From positions 459,060 through 523,059 of the forward strand of contig CAYRKM010000001.1 in the NCBI GenBank assembly GCA_964425075.1: a stretch of DNA of 64,000 nucleotides, in the 5' to 3' direction. Positions 9,781-18,749 of this stretch are shown here, piece by piece. This stretch comes from an uncultured Gammaproteobacteria bacterium (lineage in GTDB: Bacteria > Patescibacteriota > Microgenomatia > Levybacterales > GWA1-39-11). Under the pieces are notes generated by a model, which was not told the DNA's origin, ran no database searches, and saw only the letters and a list, made by a program, of their open reading frames with translations. A program made the translations under genes and the position numbers. Numbering within the stretch: the first letter of the stretch is position 1; each line of letters begins with the position of its first letter.

Positions 9781-10974
9781 ATGGCAAGAATAAAAATATC
9801 AGAATTTAAAGCAAAGAAACTATTATATGAGTTTTTGCAAAAACCATATAGTGGAGTTTCTATTGATACTCATGATGAATTTTATGAAGATCTCCTCTCA
9901 AAAATGACTGATGGGAAAAAGTATGTCTTAAAAGTTGATCAGGGCGTAAAACAAAGAAAGAAAAAAGGCCTCGTGAGTTTTGATGTCACAAAAGAAAACG
10001 TAAAAGAGGAAATTGAAAAGTTAAAAGAAAAAGGATTTTCTTATTTTATTTTAGAAGAGTTTCTGGAGCATGAAGGATTTAATGAATTTTATTTTGCAGT
10101 AGAAAGAGTACGGGAAGGGAAGAAAATTCATTTTTCAACAAAAGGCGGAATTGATATTGAGGAAAATAAGGAAAGTATCAAAACTTTTATTTATCAGAAC
10201 GGAGAACAACTTGAGGAAATTTCAAATGACTTTGGATTAGAGAAAGAAACACTAGAAAGTATTCTTGATGCTTTTGATGATTATTATTTCTCATTTCTTG
10301 AGATTAACCCTCTTGTTGTAAAAAATAAGGAATTTTACTTTTTAGATACTGCAGTAGAAGTAGATAGTGAAGCCGAGTTTTTTGTAAGTGACGCATGGAA
10401 TAAAGATGACTTTCGTGAGGGAGTAAGGGCTGAAAAAACTGAGGAGGAGCGGGCAATTGAAGAGTTGAACGAAACAAGTTCTTCTGCTTTTAGTTATGAA
10501 ATTCTAAATCCTAATGGGTCAATTTTTTTAATATTGCAGGGAGGAGGAGCAAGTTTAGTTTTGGCTGATGAGATCTATGATAAAGGAATGGGTAAAGAAA
10601 TTGGGAATTTTGGAGAGTATAGTGGTAACCCAAATGCGGAGGAAACATATATTTATGCAAAAAACGTAATTAGTTCATTAATCAAATCTAATTCAACAAG
10701 AAAAGTACTTATATATGGCGGGGGGGTCGCGAACTTTAGTGATATTAGAATAGCATTCATTGGAGTAATTAAAGCACTTGATGAATTTAAAAGCGAATTA
10801 CTGAAGAATAAAGTTAAAGTTTTTGTAAGACGTGGTGGACCCCATCAGGAAGAGGGACTTGCCTTAATGAAGGAATTTTTGGAGAAAGAAAATCTTATTG
10901 GAGAAGTGCATGGTCCAGAATTGGTTTTGACAGATATTGTAGCTCCCGCGCTTGCGCACGTGGGAAATGACTAA
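9781..10974 (+). CDS. aclB: ATP-citrate lyase subunit B (ATP-grasp plus citrate-binding domain)
   Basis: KVDQGVKQRKKKGL, LEINPL, GGGAS, GEYSGNP, GGGVANF, VRRGGP. Confidence 0.88.
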   Translation: MARIKISEFKAKKLLYEFLQKPYSGVSIDTHDEFYEDLLSKMTDGKKYVLKVDQGVKQRKKKGLVSFDVTKENVKEEIEKLKEKGFSYFILEEFLEHEGFNEFYFAVERVREGKKIHFSTKGGIDIEENKESIKTFIYQNGEQLEEISNDFGLEKETLESILDAFDDYYFSFLEINPLVVKNKEFYFLDTAVEVDSEAEFFVSDAWNKDDFREGVRAEKTEEERAIEELNETSSSAFSYEILNPNGSIFLILQGGGASLVLADEIYDKGMGKEIGNFGEYSGNPNAEETYIYAKNVISSLIKSNSTRKVLIYGGGVANFSDIRIAFIGVIKALDEFKSELLKNKVKVFVRRGGPHQEEGLALMKEFLEKENLIGEVHGPELVLTDIVAPALAHVGND

Positions 10975-11040
10975 ATCCTAATTTCTAATTAATTATGAAA
11001 TTTAGATTTGATTAGAAATTAGAGCTTAGAAATTGTAGCG
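10966..11040. repeat. AT-rich ctaatt/aattag periodic inverted repeat (empty form)
   Basis: ctaaatcctaatttctaatt...gattagaaattagagcttagaaatt. Confidence 0.55.
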
Positions 11041-11060
11041 CTAAAAATAAAAGTTATTTT

Positions 11061-12935
11061 ATGTTAAATATTAACGATCTAAAAACACTTAACCCGCGAA
11101 TTATTTCCATTGGTTCTCATCCGGCAATTATCCAGTCAGTTCTTGATTATGATTATCTAATAGGACGTGAGAAACCAACAGTTGCAGGAATACTTGCAAC
11201 AGGAAGAAAGTTTGAGCGTTACTTTTTTGGTAAAAGGGAAATTCTAATTCCAGTTTTTCAAACATTCAATTCAATTCCTCAAAATACAAAAGAAAAAATT
11301 ACAATGCTATTAAATGTCGCGTCCGGAAGGCGAGTGCTTACATCTACAACTGATGCAATAAATTATTTCGAAAATCTCAAACTCGGAGTCATTTTTGCAG
11401 AAGGAGTTCCTGAAAAACACGCGGTTGAATTGGGTGAATATGCAAGAAACAAAAATGTAACTCTTATTGGTCCATCAAGTGTTGGAATGGTTTTACCACA
11501 AAGTTTTAAGCTCGGTGCTATAGGTGGAATTCAATCAAAGCAGATTGTTTCATCTGGAATTTTATCTAAAGGAGGAGTATGCGTGTTGTCTGCAAGTGGA
11601 GGAATGGTAAATGAAATCATAAATGTAGTAGGACAGACTCAAAATAAGCTTTCTTTTGCTTTGTCATTCGGAGGAGATAGGTTTCCATTTTTAGAGCCAG
11701 TGGACGCCCTAAAAGCGGCAGAGAAAGATGAGAACACTAAAGCTATTGTGTATTATGGAGAATTAGGTGGAGAAGACGAGTATAAATTAGCAGATCTTTT
11801 GAAAGGAAGTCATCTTACAAAACCAGTTATTTGTTATGTCGGAGGAGTTATCTCAGATCTATTTGAAACCCCGCCACAATTCGGTCATGCAAAGGCGATG
11901 GCAGAAACCAGGCAGGAGTCTGCCCGTGCAAAAAGGGACGCGTTAAAAGATGCAGGGGGAATAGTTCCTGAGAGTTTTTCAGAATTTGTTGACGCGATAA
12001 AAGAACTTTCAGATTTCGGTTTTGAGAAATCAAATGGTACCCTTCGAAATTCTCCCCTCAATCAAATTCGGGACAGGCAGGGCAAGCAAGATGAGATAGA
12101 AGAGAATCAAAAGATTTCATCTGTTACAATTAACAATATGGATGATAGAAAACATGCTCTCATTTCATCAAGTATTTCAAAGGATGAAGAGGGGGACGTA
12201 AAAATTCTTGGAGAAGATTTATTGCCTTTTGCAAGAGAGAATTCCTTTGCAAAAATTGCTGCTTCGCTCTTTTTGGGTAAAAAAATTACGTCGATTGAAA
12301 CCGAGGAATTTGTGGATTTTATACTTAAGGTGTCTGTTGATCATGGTCCTTATGTTTCAGGTGCATTAAATACTATAGTTGCTGCTCGCGCTGGGAAAGA
12401 TTTGGTTTCCTCATTGGCTTCAGGACTTTTGACAATTGGTCCACGATTTGGAGGAGCCTTAAATGAAGCTGCAAAAAATTGGTATAAAGGCGTGGTAGAT
12501 GGTAAGAGTGCATATGATTTTGTGGAAGAATTCGCATCAAAAAAGATTTATATTCAAGGGATTGGACACAAAAAATATAGAGTTGATATGCCAGACCCAA
12601 GAGTAGAAGAGATAAAGAAGTTTGCAGACAAACTTGAGAAAAAGAGATTTATAAATTTTGCCCTTCAGGTAGAAAAAATTACAACTGAGAAAAAAGGAAA
12701 CTTGATTTTAAATGTAGATGGAGCAATTGGAGCGGTTTTGCTGGACTTTCTATCTGAAAAAGAAGGATACAGTGACGAAGAGTTGTGGAATTTGATAGAG
12801 GCAGAATTCTTTAATGCACTATTTGTTTTGTCTCGCTCTACTGGTTTTATTGCACATTTCCTAGATCAAAAAAGACTTGATGAAGGACTACTTCGGTTGT
12901 CCGAGGAAGACGTAGCAGATGCAAGCGCACAATAA
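11061..12935 (+). CDS. aclA: ATP-citrate lyase subunit A (CoA-ligase plus citrate-synthase-like domain)
   Basis: AEGVPE, IGPSSVG, QFGHA phospho-His, DHGP.VSG, IGPRFGGA, GIGHK, LNVDG. Confidence 0.9.
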   Translation: MLNINDLKTLNPRIISIGSHPAIIQSVLDYDYLIGREKPTVAGILATGRKFERYFFGKREILIPVFQTFNSIPQNTKEKITMLLNVASGRRVLTSTTDAINYFENLKLGVIFAEGVPEKHAVELGEYARNKNVTLIGPSSVGMVLPQSFKLGAIGGIQSKQIVSSGILSKGGVCVLSASGGMVNEIINVVGQTQNKLSFALSFGGDRFPFLEPVDALKAAEKDENTKAIVYYGELGGEDEYKLADLLKGSHLTKPVICYVGGVISDLFETPPQFGHAKAMAETRQESARAKRDALKDAGGIVPESFSEFVDAIKELSDFGFEKSNGTLRNSPLNQIRDRQGKQDEIEENQKISSVTINNMDDRKHALISSSISKDEEGDVKILGEDLLPFARENSFAKIAASLFLGKKITSIETEEFVDFILKVSVDHGPYVSGALNTIVAARAGKDLVSSLASGLLTIGPRFGGALNEAAKNWYKGVVDGKSAYDFVEEFASKKIYIQGIGHKKYRVDMPDPRVEEIKKFADKLEKKRFINFALQVEKITTEKKGNLILNVDGAIGAVLLDFLSEKEGYSDEELWNLIEAEFFNALFVLSRSTGFIAHFLDQKRLDEGLLRLSEEDVADASAQ

Positions 12936-12972
12936 ATTCGAAATTCTAAATTCGAAGCACGAAACAAATTCC
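12934..12972 (+). repeat. Left heptad arm flanking four-helix-bundle gene
   Basis: aaattcg aaattct aaattcg aagcacg aaacaaa. Confidence 0.65.
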
Positions 12973-12973
12973 A

Positions 12974-13324
12974 ATGTCTGAAAATAAAAATTCCAAACAA
13001 TATGATTTGGAAGAAAGAACATTTATATTTGCAAAAAAAGTTAGGGAATTTGTGAGAACTTTGCCTAAGACACTGTCAAATCAAGAAGATGTCAAGCAGT
13101 TGATCAGATCCTCAGGTTCGGTTGGTGCAAATTGCATAGAAGCAAACGACTCTCTTAGTAAAAAGGATTTTATAATGCGAATAAAAATTTCACGTAAAGA
13201 AGCAAAAGAAAGTCGTTATTGGTTGCGTTTGATTGACAATAAAACTGCAGAATTAGATAATCTTTTAGGCGAAGCAACAGAACTGATGAATATATTTGGA
13301 GCAATTCTTAAGAAGTCTGAGTAA
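12974..13324 (+). CDS. Four helix bundle protein (23S rRNA IVS protein-like family)
   Basis: DLEERT..FA, QLIRSSGSVGAN..EA, SKKDF..RIKISRKEAKES.YWL. Confidence 0.9.
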   Translation: MSENKNSKQYDLEERTFIFAKKVREFVRTLPKTLSNQEDVKQLIRSSGSVGANCIEANDSLSKKDFIMRIKISRKEAKESRYWLRLIDNKTAELDNLLGEATELMNIFGAILKKSE

Positions 13325-13330
13325 TTCTAA

Positions 13331-13378
13331 TTTGAGGTTTGTTTCGAATTTCGATATTCGTATTTCGTATTTTTATAT
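13331..13378 (-). repeat. Right heptad arm, inverted relative to 12934-12972
   Basis: Reverse complement aaatacg aaatacg aatatcg aaattcg aaacaaa. Confidence 0.65.
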
Positions 13379-13380
13379 TT

Positions 13381-14346
13381 ATGCAGATTTATAACAATGT
13401 ACCCCTTTCCACTATTCTCTGGTATCAAATTGGCGGAATAGCCAAGACCGTTCTTGATGTTTCATCTGTTGAAGATTTACATGAAGCCCTTTCTTATGTA
13501 AAAGAAAATAATATTTCAAAAGTTTTTGTTTTGGGACTCGGAAGCAATATGCTTTTTCCCGATGAGGGGTTTGATGGAGCAATAATAAGATTTTTAATGC
13601 AAGAAGATGGGAATGGAGTAAGAATTCTTGAAAATAACGTTGTAGAAAGTTTTGCCGGAGAATTTTTGGATAGCGTAATTCAGTTTGGATTTGAACACCG
13701 TCTTGCAGGTCTTGAGTGGGCTGGGGGGCTTCCCGGAACAGTTGGGGCAGCAGTAAGGGGAAATGTGGGAGCATTTGGAGGAGAAATAAAAGATATTTTC
13801 GTAAAAGCACATTGTATAAAACTTCATGAAAATGGAGACTATGAGGAAATTACTTTAACACGTGACGAGATGGAATTTGCTTATCGCACTAGTAAGGTTA
13901 AGGCAGAAAAATTAATTGTTCTTTCAGCTCAATTTCAACTAAAAGAGGCAACCGATGAAGAATTGCTTGCTGCAAGAGAAGTTTATTATGCAAATATTAC
14001 CTACAGACAAGATAAACACCCGTTAGACTACCCAAATTGTGGGAGTGTGTTCAAGAATATTTCCAAAAAAGAAGAAGTTGAAAAAGTTAGGTCTACCTGG
14101 CCAGACGTTAGCGAATTGATTGAGGGAAAGTGGCATGGAAAAGTGAGCATGGGATATGTTGTTGGTAGACTTGGATTTAAAGGACACAGAGAGGGAAATG
14201 CTCAGGTTTCAGAAAAGCATCAGAATTTCATAGTAAATTTAGGAGGAGCAAAAGCTCATGAAGTGAAAAGTATTATTGCCCAAATTGAAGAAGAAATGCA
14301 GGAAGTTTTTGGATTTACCCCAGAAGTTGAGATAGAAATAGTTTGA
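13381..14346 (+). CDS. murB: UDP-N-acetylenolpyruvoylglucosamine reductase
   Basis: IGG.A, GLGSN, GLE...GLPGTVG, NVGAFG, YR.S, GSVFKN, VSEKH.NF; start moved to ATG 13381. Confidence 0.93.
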   Translation: MQIYNNVPLSTILWYQIGGIAKTVLDVSSVEDLHEALSYVKENNISKVFVLGLGSNMLFPDEGFDGAIIRFLMQEDGNGVRILENNVVESFAGEFLDSVIQFGFEHRLAGLEWAGGLPGTVGAAVRGNVGAFGGEIKDIFVKAHCIKLHENGDYEEITLTRDEMEFAYRTSKVKAEKLIVLSAQFQLKEATDEELLAAREVYYANITYRQDKHPLDYPNCGSVFKNISKKEEVEKVRSTWPDVSELIEGKWHGKVSMGYVVGRLGFKGHREGNAQVSEKHQNFIVNLGGAKAHEVKSIIAQIEEEMQEVFGFTPEVEIEIV

Positions 14347-14370
14347 AAAGACTAGCCTTTTGCACCCTTT

Positions 14371-14748
14371 TTACTTTATGAGTTTTCTTAGGCGTTTTAT
14401 TAAAGGAACATGAACAGAAGAATTTTTGATTTGCATATGATATTCGTCATTTTTAAATATAAAGCGAAATCTGTCTTTAAACATTAGCCCTTGTAAGATC
14501 CCCCCGATAAAAAATCCGTGAATTATATTTGATTGGAATAGGCTTTGAACTACTAGAAGAATAGGTGTTAGAAACATCCAATGATGTACGTGGTATACAC
14601 GGTTTTTTGCAGAGACGTTAAAGCGTGGGAAAATTTGCAAATTTTTTATTTTTTTCTCGGGTAATCTTCTATTTACTTTTGAGCCTGGATGAGTCGCAAG
14701 CATAAAAAGAATAAAACCCACAGATCCCCCCAAAATAATTTCAAACAT
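14371..14748 (-). CDS. Small membrane protein with HVHHW motif
   Basis: Hydrophobic segments, 125 aa. Confidence 0.65.
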   Translation of the reverse strand: MFEIILGGSVGFILFMLATHPGSKVNRRLPEKKIKNLQIFPRFNVSAKNRVYHVHHWMFLTPILLVVQSLFQSNIIHGFFIGGILQGLMFKDRFRFIFKNDEYHMQIKNSSVHVPLIKRLRKLIK

Positions 14749-14870
14749 AGTCAGTCAATGATAGAGATTTTTAGGTTTTTTGTCAAAAGTTTATAATAAG
14801 AAAAAGCGAGCATATTTTATTTGTTCTTGACAAGATCGTTTTTTCTATGAAATACTAAAAATATTAATCT

Positions 14871-15629
14871 ATGAATGGTTTTCGAATTGGATTTATTGCA
14901 GCATTAAGCATCTTAATTGCCATGAGTGTGAGCGCATATACTGCTGCATATGTTCCTCCACCAACAGGCCCAAAGGCCCCAAAATATCCTGAGTACCCTT
15001 CGTATCCTTTACAAGCTGGGCAATATGGAGTGCAGCAAAACCCATTGAGCTCAATATTGCCAAAGACAGCTATTCCAACCCAACCCGTAGTTGCTCAACG
15101 AGCTCAAACGCAGCAACAATTTGATAATTCATACTTAGAACGAGAGCAAAAATATCAAGAATCTTTAAAAAAATATGATGAAGATATGAAGAAATATCAG
15201 GAAGAAAAGAAAAAATATGACGAAGATCAAAAAAACTTTGAAAAAGATAAGGTCATACCCTATGCCCAGAAGGTAATTACAGGTTGGATAATTACATTTG
15301 TAGCACTTGAAGTAATTGCCATGTTTTTCATAAAAATTGGCGCAGATATTGTTGGTTCAGGATATGCTTTTAGTGCTATTTGGGCATTTATCATTGGTCC
15401 GATTTCCTGGGTAGGATGGTATGCCTCTATTCTTATTAGTCGATATGCAATGCAGGCAGAGCTAGAATATTCTTACACTCCTCTATATCAATCAATTGCT
15501 TGGTCTTCAATAATTGGAGTTGTTATTTTAACTGTTTTGGGGACTTTATTATTTAGTAGATTTCAATTAAGGTTCCCTCGCCTTCCAAAGCTTAGTCTTC
15601 CACCTCAGCCCCCTGTCCCACAAGGATAA
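14871..15629 (+). CDS. Membrane protein with Pro-rich and coiled-coil region
   Basis: N-terminal TM, KKYDE repeats, 3 C-terminal TM segments. Confidence 0.7.
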   Translation: MNGFRIGFIAALSILIAMSVSAYTAAYVPPPTGPKAPKYPEYPSYPLQAGQYGVQQNPLSSILPKTAIPTQPVVAQRAQTQQQFDNSYLEREQKYQESLKKYDEDMKKYQEEKKKYDEDQKNFEKDKVIPYAQKVITGWIITFVALEVIAMFFIKIGADIVGSGYAFSAIWAFIIGPISWVGWYASILISRYAMQAELEYSYTPLYQSIAWSSIIGVVILTVLGTLLFSRFQLRFPRLPKLSLPPQPPVPQG

Positions 15630-15696
15630 TTAGATTTTAATGGCAATGATCCCCTCACTTCATGTAGATAACGACTTCTCTTAATTAAGATACAAG

Positions 15697-16947
15697 TTAA
15701 TGACCAGATTGCTCAGGTGTAGTTACTGGAGTAGATGGTGGTATGTATTTTCTGATATATTGATCGAAGCGAACAGCCGTTTTAAAAAGTTGAGAGTGAA
15801 ATGTAAGAACTCCCTCAGAGTCTTCTTTAATTGCACCCTCTTTCTTAAGTTCGGCCAAGGATCTTACAATATTTGAGCATACTTTACTGTCAATAACTGC
15901 CTTCCTCGTTATAGGCTCTTCAAGGCTTACCATATAAGCAAGTAGCTTATCGTTATTGGTCATCTTTTTATTAAACGAGTACATGGGTGAAAAATCCTTT
16001 GTTTGTAGTTGAACAGCTGTTTCAACAATCGCTCCTGCTGCATCATCTTTGTTGATAAATGAATCAGTATCGAGCTGAACTAAATTATGGCCTACAAGTT
16101 GAAGAGAATGTGGGTAGCCCCCACTGGCCTTAACTACAGATTTTAAAGCATCATCATCCCATTTGATATTAATTTTCTCTAATCCTTTTGATAGGATCTC
16201 GTAGGCTTCACCATCAGGCATAACACCAAGAGGTACTAAATCAAAAAATCTTCTTGAGGATGAGTCTTTAGCAAAAAAATCTCTCATGTCTGATTCGTAC
16301 CCAATAAGTAAAAAGGAGATATTTCCGTAGCCATCAACTGTGAGAGTCGTTAAAATATTACGCAGGAGCAACGCTACGCTCGAAATATCTTTGATGTTGT
16401 GTATCTCATCTATAATTATTAATGCACCATCTTTTTTATTCTCTCCATCTTTTGTTTCCTTGAGTATCTGTGAGAGTATTGATACCGTTTCATCCTTTAT
16501 GGTTGTCTCTGGCTTTTCTGTCGTGCCTTTGTTTTCTACAGAGACCGTGGCTACAGTTGGTATTGCTATGGTAAACTTGTTATTCTGAAAAAGATGGCTC
16601 ACCCTGGCTTGTATATTGCTAAGAAAACTCTTGTCTTGTTGTTCTAAAATTTTGTTTACGCTTTGCTGGATTACGCTTATAATACTTTGTTCTTCATCCA
16701 CTGTATAATATGAGGTCAGAAGATTTAATTCATGGAGTTTTTCTAAATTTGCTGATGAGACATGCTTAATTAGACTTGCTAAAGCCGTTTTTCCTATTCC
16801 TCGATCTCCGTATATAAAAAAACTGGCAGGTCTGCCATCTTTTAATTGGGTGAGCTTGCTGCACATTTCATTTACCTGTGAGGCTCTCCCAGCAAATAAG
16901 GAAGGTGTTACAACGGAATGCGGGTTAAATGGATTAACGGAATGCAT
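15697..16947 (-). CDS. P-loop ATPase (AAA_16/archaeal ATPase, STAND-like) with probable C-terminal winged helix; IS passenger
   Basis: NPF..FAGR, Walker A GDRGIGKT, Walker B IIIDE, SGGYP (GxP) motif. Confidence 0.8.
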   Translation of the reverse strand: MHSVNPFNPHSVVTPSLFAGRASQVNEMCSKLTQLKDGRPASFFIYGDRGIGKTALASLIKHVSSANLEKLHELNLLTSYYTVDEEQSIISVIQQSVNKILEQQDKSFLSNIQARVSHLFQNNKFTIAIPTVATVSVENKGTTEKPETTIKDETVSILSQILKETKDGENKKDGALIIIDEIHNIKDISSVALLLRNILTTLTVDGYGNISFLLIGYESDMRDFFAKDSSSRRFFDLVPLGVMPDGEAYEILSKGLEKINIKWDDDALKSVVKASGGYPHSLQLVGHNLVQLDTDSFINKDDAAGAIVETAVQLQTKDFSPMYSFNKKMTNNDKLLAYMVSLEEPITRKAVIDSKVCSNIVRSLAELKKEGAIKEDSEGVLTFHSQLFKTAVRFDQYIRKYIPPSTPVTTPEQSGH

Positions 16948-17073
16948 TGCTTAAATATTACCACAACTTATTTGTATTTAATACGATTTATAAAATTAAA
17001 AAGTGTATTTTTAGTGTATTAAATACACTTTTTCTTGTATTAATACATTATAAACACTTAACGACTGAATTTC

Positions 17074-17946
17074 TCACGCTATAGTTTGGATTAGTAGTTT
17101 TTCAAATATCTTATCTGGTTCCTTCCTGTAATTGTATCGAAAGGCAAATTCATCCGTATACGACTGCAAATACTTCGGTGACACATTTCTATAAACTCCC
17201 CTTAATCCTCGCTTCAAATGAGACCAGAACCCTTCGATATTTTGGGTATATACGTCACCCCTGACGTAATGCTTCTTGTGCATAACGCTGTCGTGTTTGT
17301 AGCCATATTTTGGTAATTTTCTATATGCATACAGCTGATCGGTATAAACCTGAGCAGACTGATCAACATTATTTTTAACGTTACTTATAAGAGTGAAGTC
17401 GCTGGTATCTGCGACGTGTTTTGTTTTTATGCGTCCTCCGCGTTCTACAAATCCCATTACAATTTCTTTTGGATGTTCTTCCCAATTCTGCCACCACACC
17501 TTCTCACGCCAGTATCCTGCACCTCCAATATAGGTTTCATCGATTTCAACTACACCTTTTAGAAGTTCTCCTCCGACGGAATTCATACAGGTCCTTATTT
17601 GTTTTAACATCCTCCACGACGTTTTATATGTAACACCCAATTCTCTTTGAAGCTGCCTCGCAGAAACTCCCGAACGTGTTGCTGACATTACAAAAATGGC
17701 ATAAAACCAATACTCAAGGGGCGTAGAGGATTTGTGAAAGATTGTTCCAGCCAAAGGACTTACTTGGTAACCGCAGCTACATTGATATACCTTACGATTT
17801 TCGACTTTATAAAACTTGGTAATTGCCTTACACCTTTTGCAAAATATCCCATTCTTGTACCGAAGATCAACGTAGAACTGAAGACACGAATCGCTGTCCG
17901 AAAACCTAAGTAAGAAGCTACCAAGCGTAAATGATACGCTTGACAC
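17074..17946 (-). CDS. IS1595-family transposase
   Basis: Zn ribbon CxxC..CxC, HTH, EIDETYIGG, TD, N.IEGFW, Y..EFAFRYN. Confidence 0.93.
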   Translation of the reverse strand: MSSVSFTLGSFLLRFSDSDSCLQFYVDLRYKNGIFCKRCKAITKFYKVENRKVYQCSCGYQVSPLAGTIFHKSSTPLEYWFYAIFVMSATRSGVSARQLQRELGVTYKTSWRMLKQIRTCMNSVGGELLKGVVEIDETYIGGAGYWREKVWWQNWEEHPKEIVMGFVERGGRIKTKHVADTSDFTLISNVKNNVDQSAQVYTDQLYAYRKLPKYGYKHDSVMHKKHYVRGDVYTQNIEGFWSHLKRGLRGVYRNVSPKYLQSYTDEFAFRYNYRKEPDKIFEKLLIQTIA

Positions 17947-17978
17947 GACTTAATTATATCAAAGTACATCAAAAATTA

Positions 17979-18581
17979 CTAATGCCGTGGTTCAATTTTT
18001 ATTATGTCCATATCTTTACTTACAGCTACGGAAACAAGGTTTGTACCTTCTATTGCCATCTTAGCTAAATTTGACATTTCTTCCAATGTCATAGCCTCTC
18101 TATACATGGTCAAAAAAAGGTACTTCGATACATCAACCCAACCCAATTGACAATGATTATCGTCAATTATCTTGGGATTTATGTCATTACTACTAAGCTC
18201 ATACATCTTAGAGATATTAGAATCCGAAAGACCAATTAATATGAATCCGAATTGTGGGGGAGGTGTTACTCCTGCTTGTACCATTGCTGCGTTCATTGGG
18301 CTTGCATCGAGCCATTCTGTTTGTTTTTCACGAGTTTTTTTGAGTAAAAGATCTTTGACTTGTTCTAGGTTAAGATTTTTAATACCAGGTTCAGCAAGCA
18401 TTGCATCAATTATTTCTTTACAATCAAATCTGTTTCCTGAACCTCCTATTGCTGCCTTGTCATTTAATCTAAATACTTTGGTTGCAGTATCGTCTTTTGA
18501 AAGAGTTTGTGGGTTAAGATTTCTTTTGTCCCCAGCAAGGACAGCTCCATGCTTTGATTTAAGAGCAACTATTAAAGTCAT
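17979..18581 (-). CDS. Proteasome beta-subunit-like Ntn (Thr) hydrolase; IS passenger
   Basis: M-TLIVAL..GAVLAGDKR (Thr1, Asp17, Arg19), Lys34, GGSG; start moved to ATG 18581 behind TGATATAAT. Confidence 0.78.
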   Translation of the reverse strand: MTLIVALKSKHGAVLAGDKRNLNPQTLSKDDTATKVFRLNDKAAIGGSGNRFDCKEIIDAMLAEPGIKNLNLEQVKDLLLKKTREKQTEWLDASPMNAAMVQAGVTPPPQFGFILIGLSDSNISKMYELSSNDINPKIIDDNHCQLGWVDVSKYLFLTMYREAMTLEEMSNLAKMAIEGTNLVSVAVSKDMDIIKIEPRH

Positions 18582-18749
18582 TTGTGGTCTGATTATATCA
18601 GTTTTATTAATTCCAATATTAAGCATGAGATCGTTGTTTATGAGTTACGTGTCGTAAAGGGATCATTGCCATTTTAATTCTCTTGACAAGCTCTTGAAAA
18701 ATGCCTCATACTGAGGATGCTTAAATAATTTGGATTGGAGGTGAAGGAA

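Larger units (their letters stand above)
15642..18670 (-). mobile_element. IS1595-family insertion sequence with two passenger genes (transporter IS)
   Basis: TIRs GGCAATGATCCC.. at 15642 and ..GGGATCATTGCC ending 18670 (20/25 match); 8-bp TSD ATTTTAAT at 15634-15641 and 18671-18678; internal DDE transposase. Confidence 0.92.

Noticed and set aside
12974-13324. DGR (Avd-like protein) or rRNA intervening sequence
   Set aside because: No reverse transcriptase, TR/VR pair or rRNA gene is visible in the window.
15697-18581. HslUV or Pup-proteasome operon
   Set aside because: The ATPase lacks Clp/HslU/ARC features, and there are no alpha subunit, pup, pafA or dop genes.
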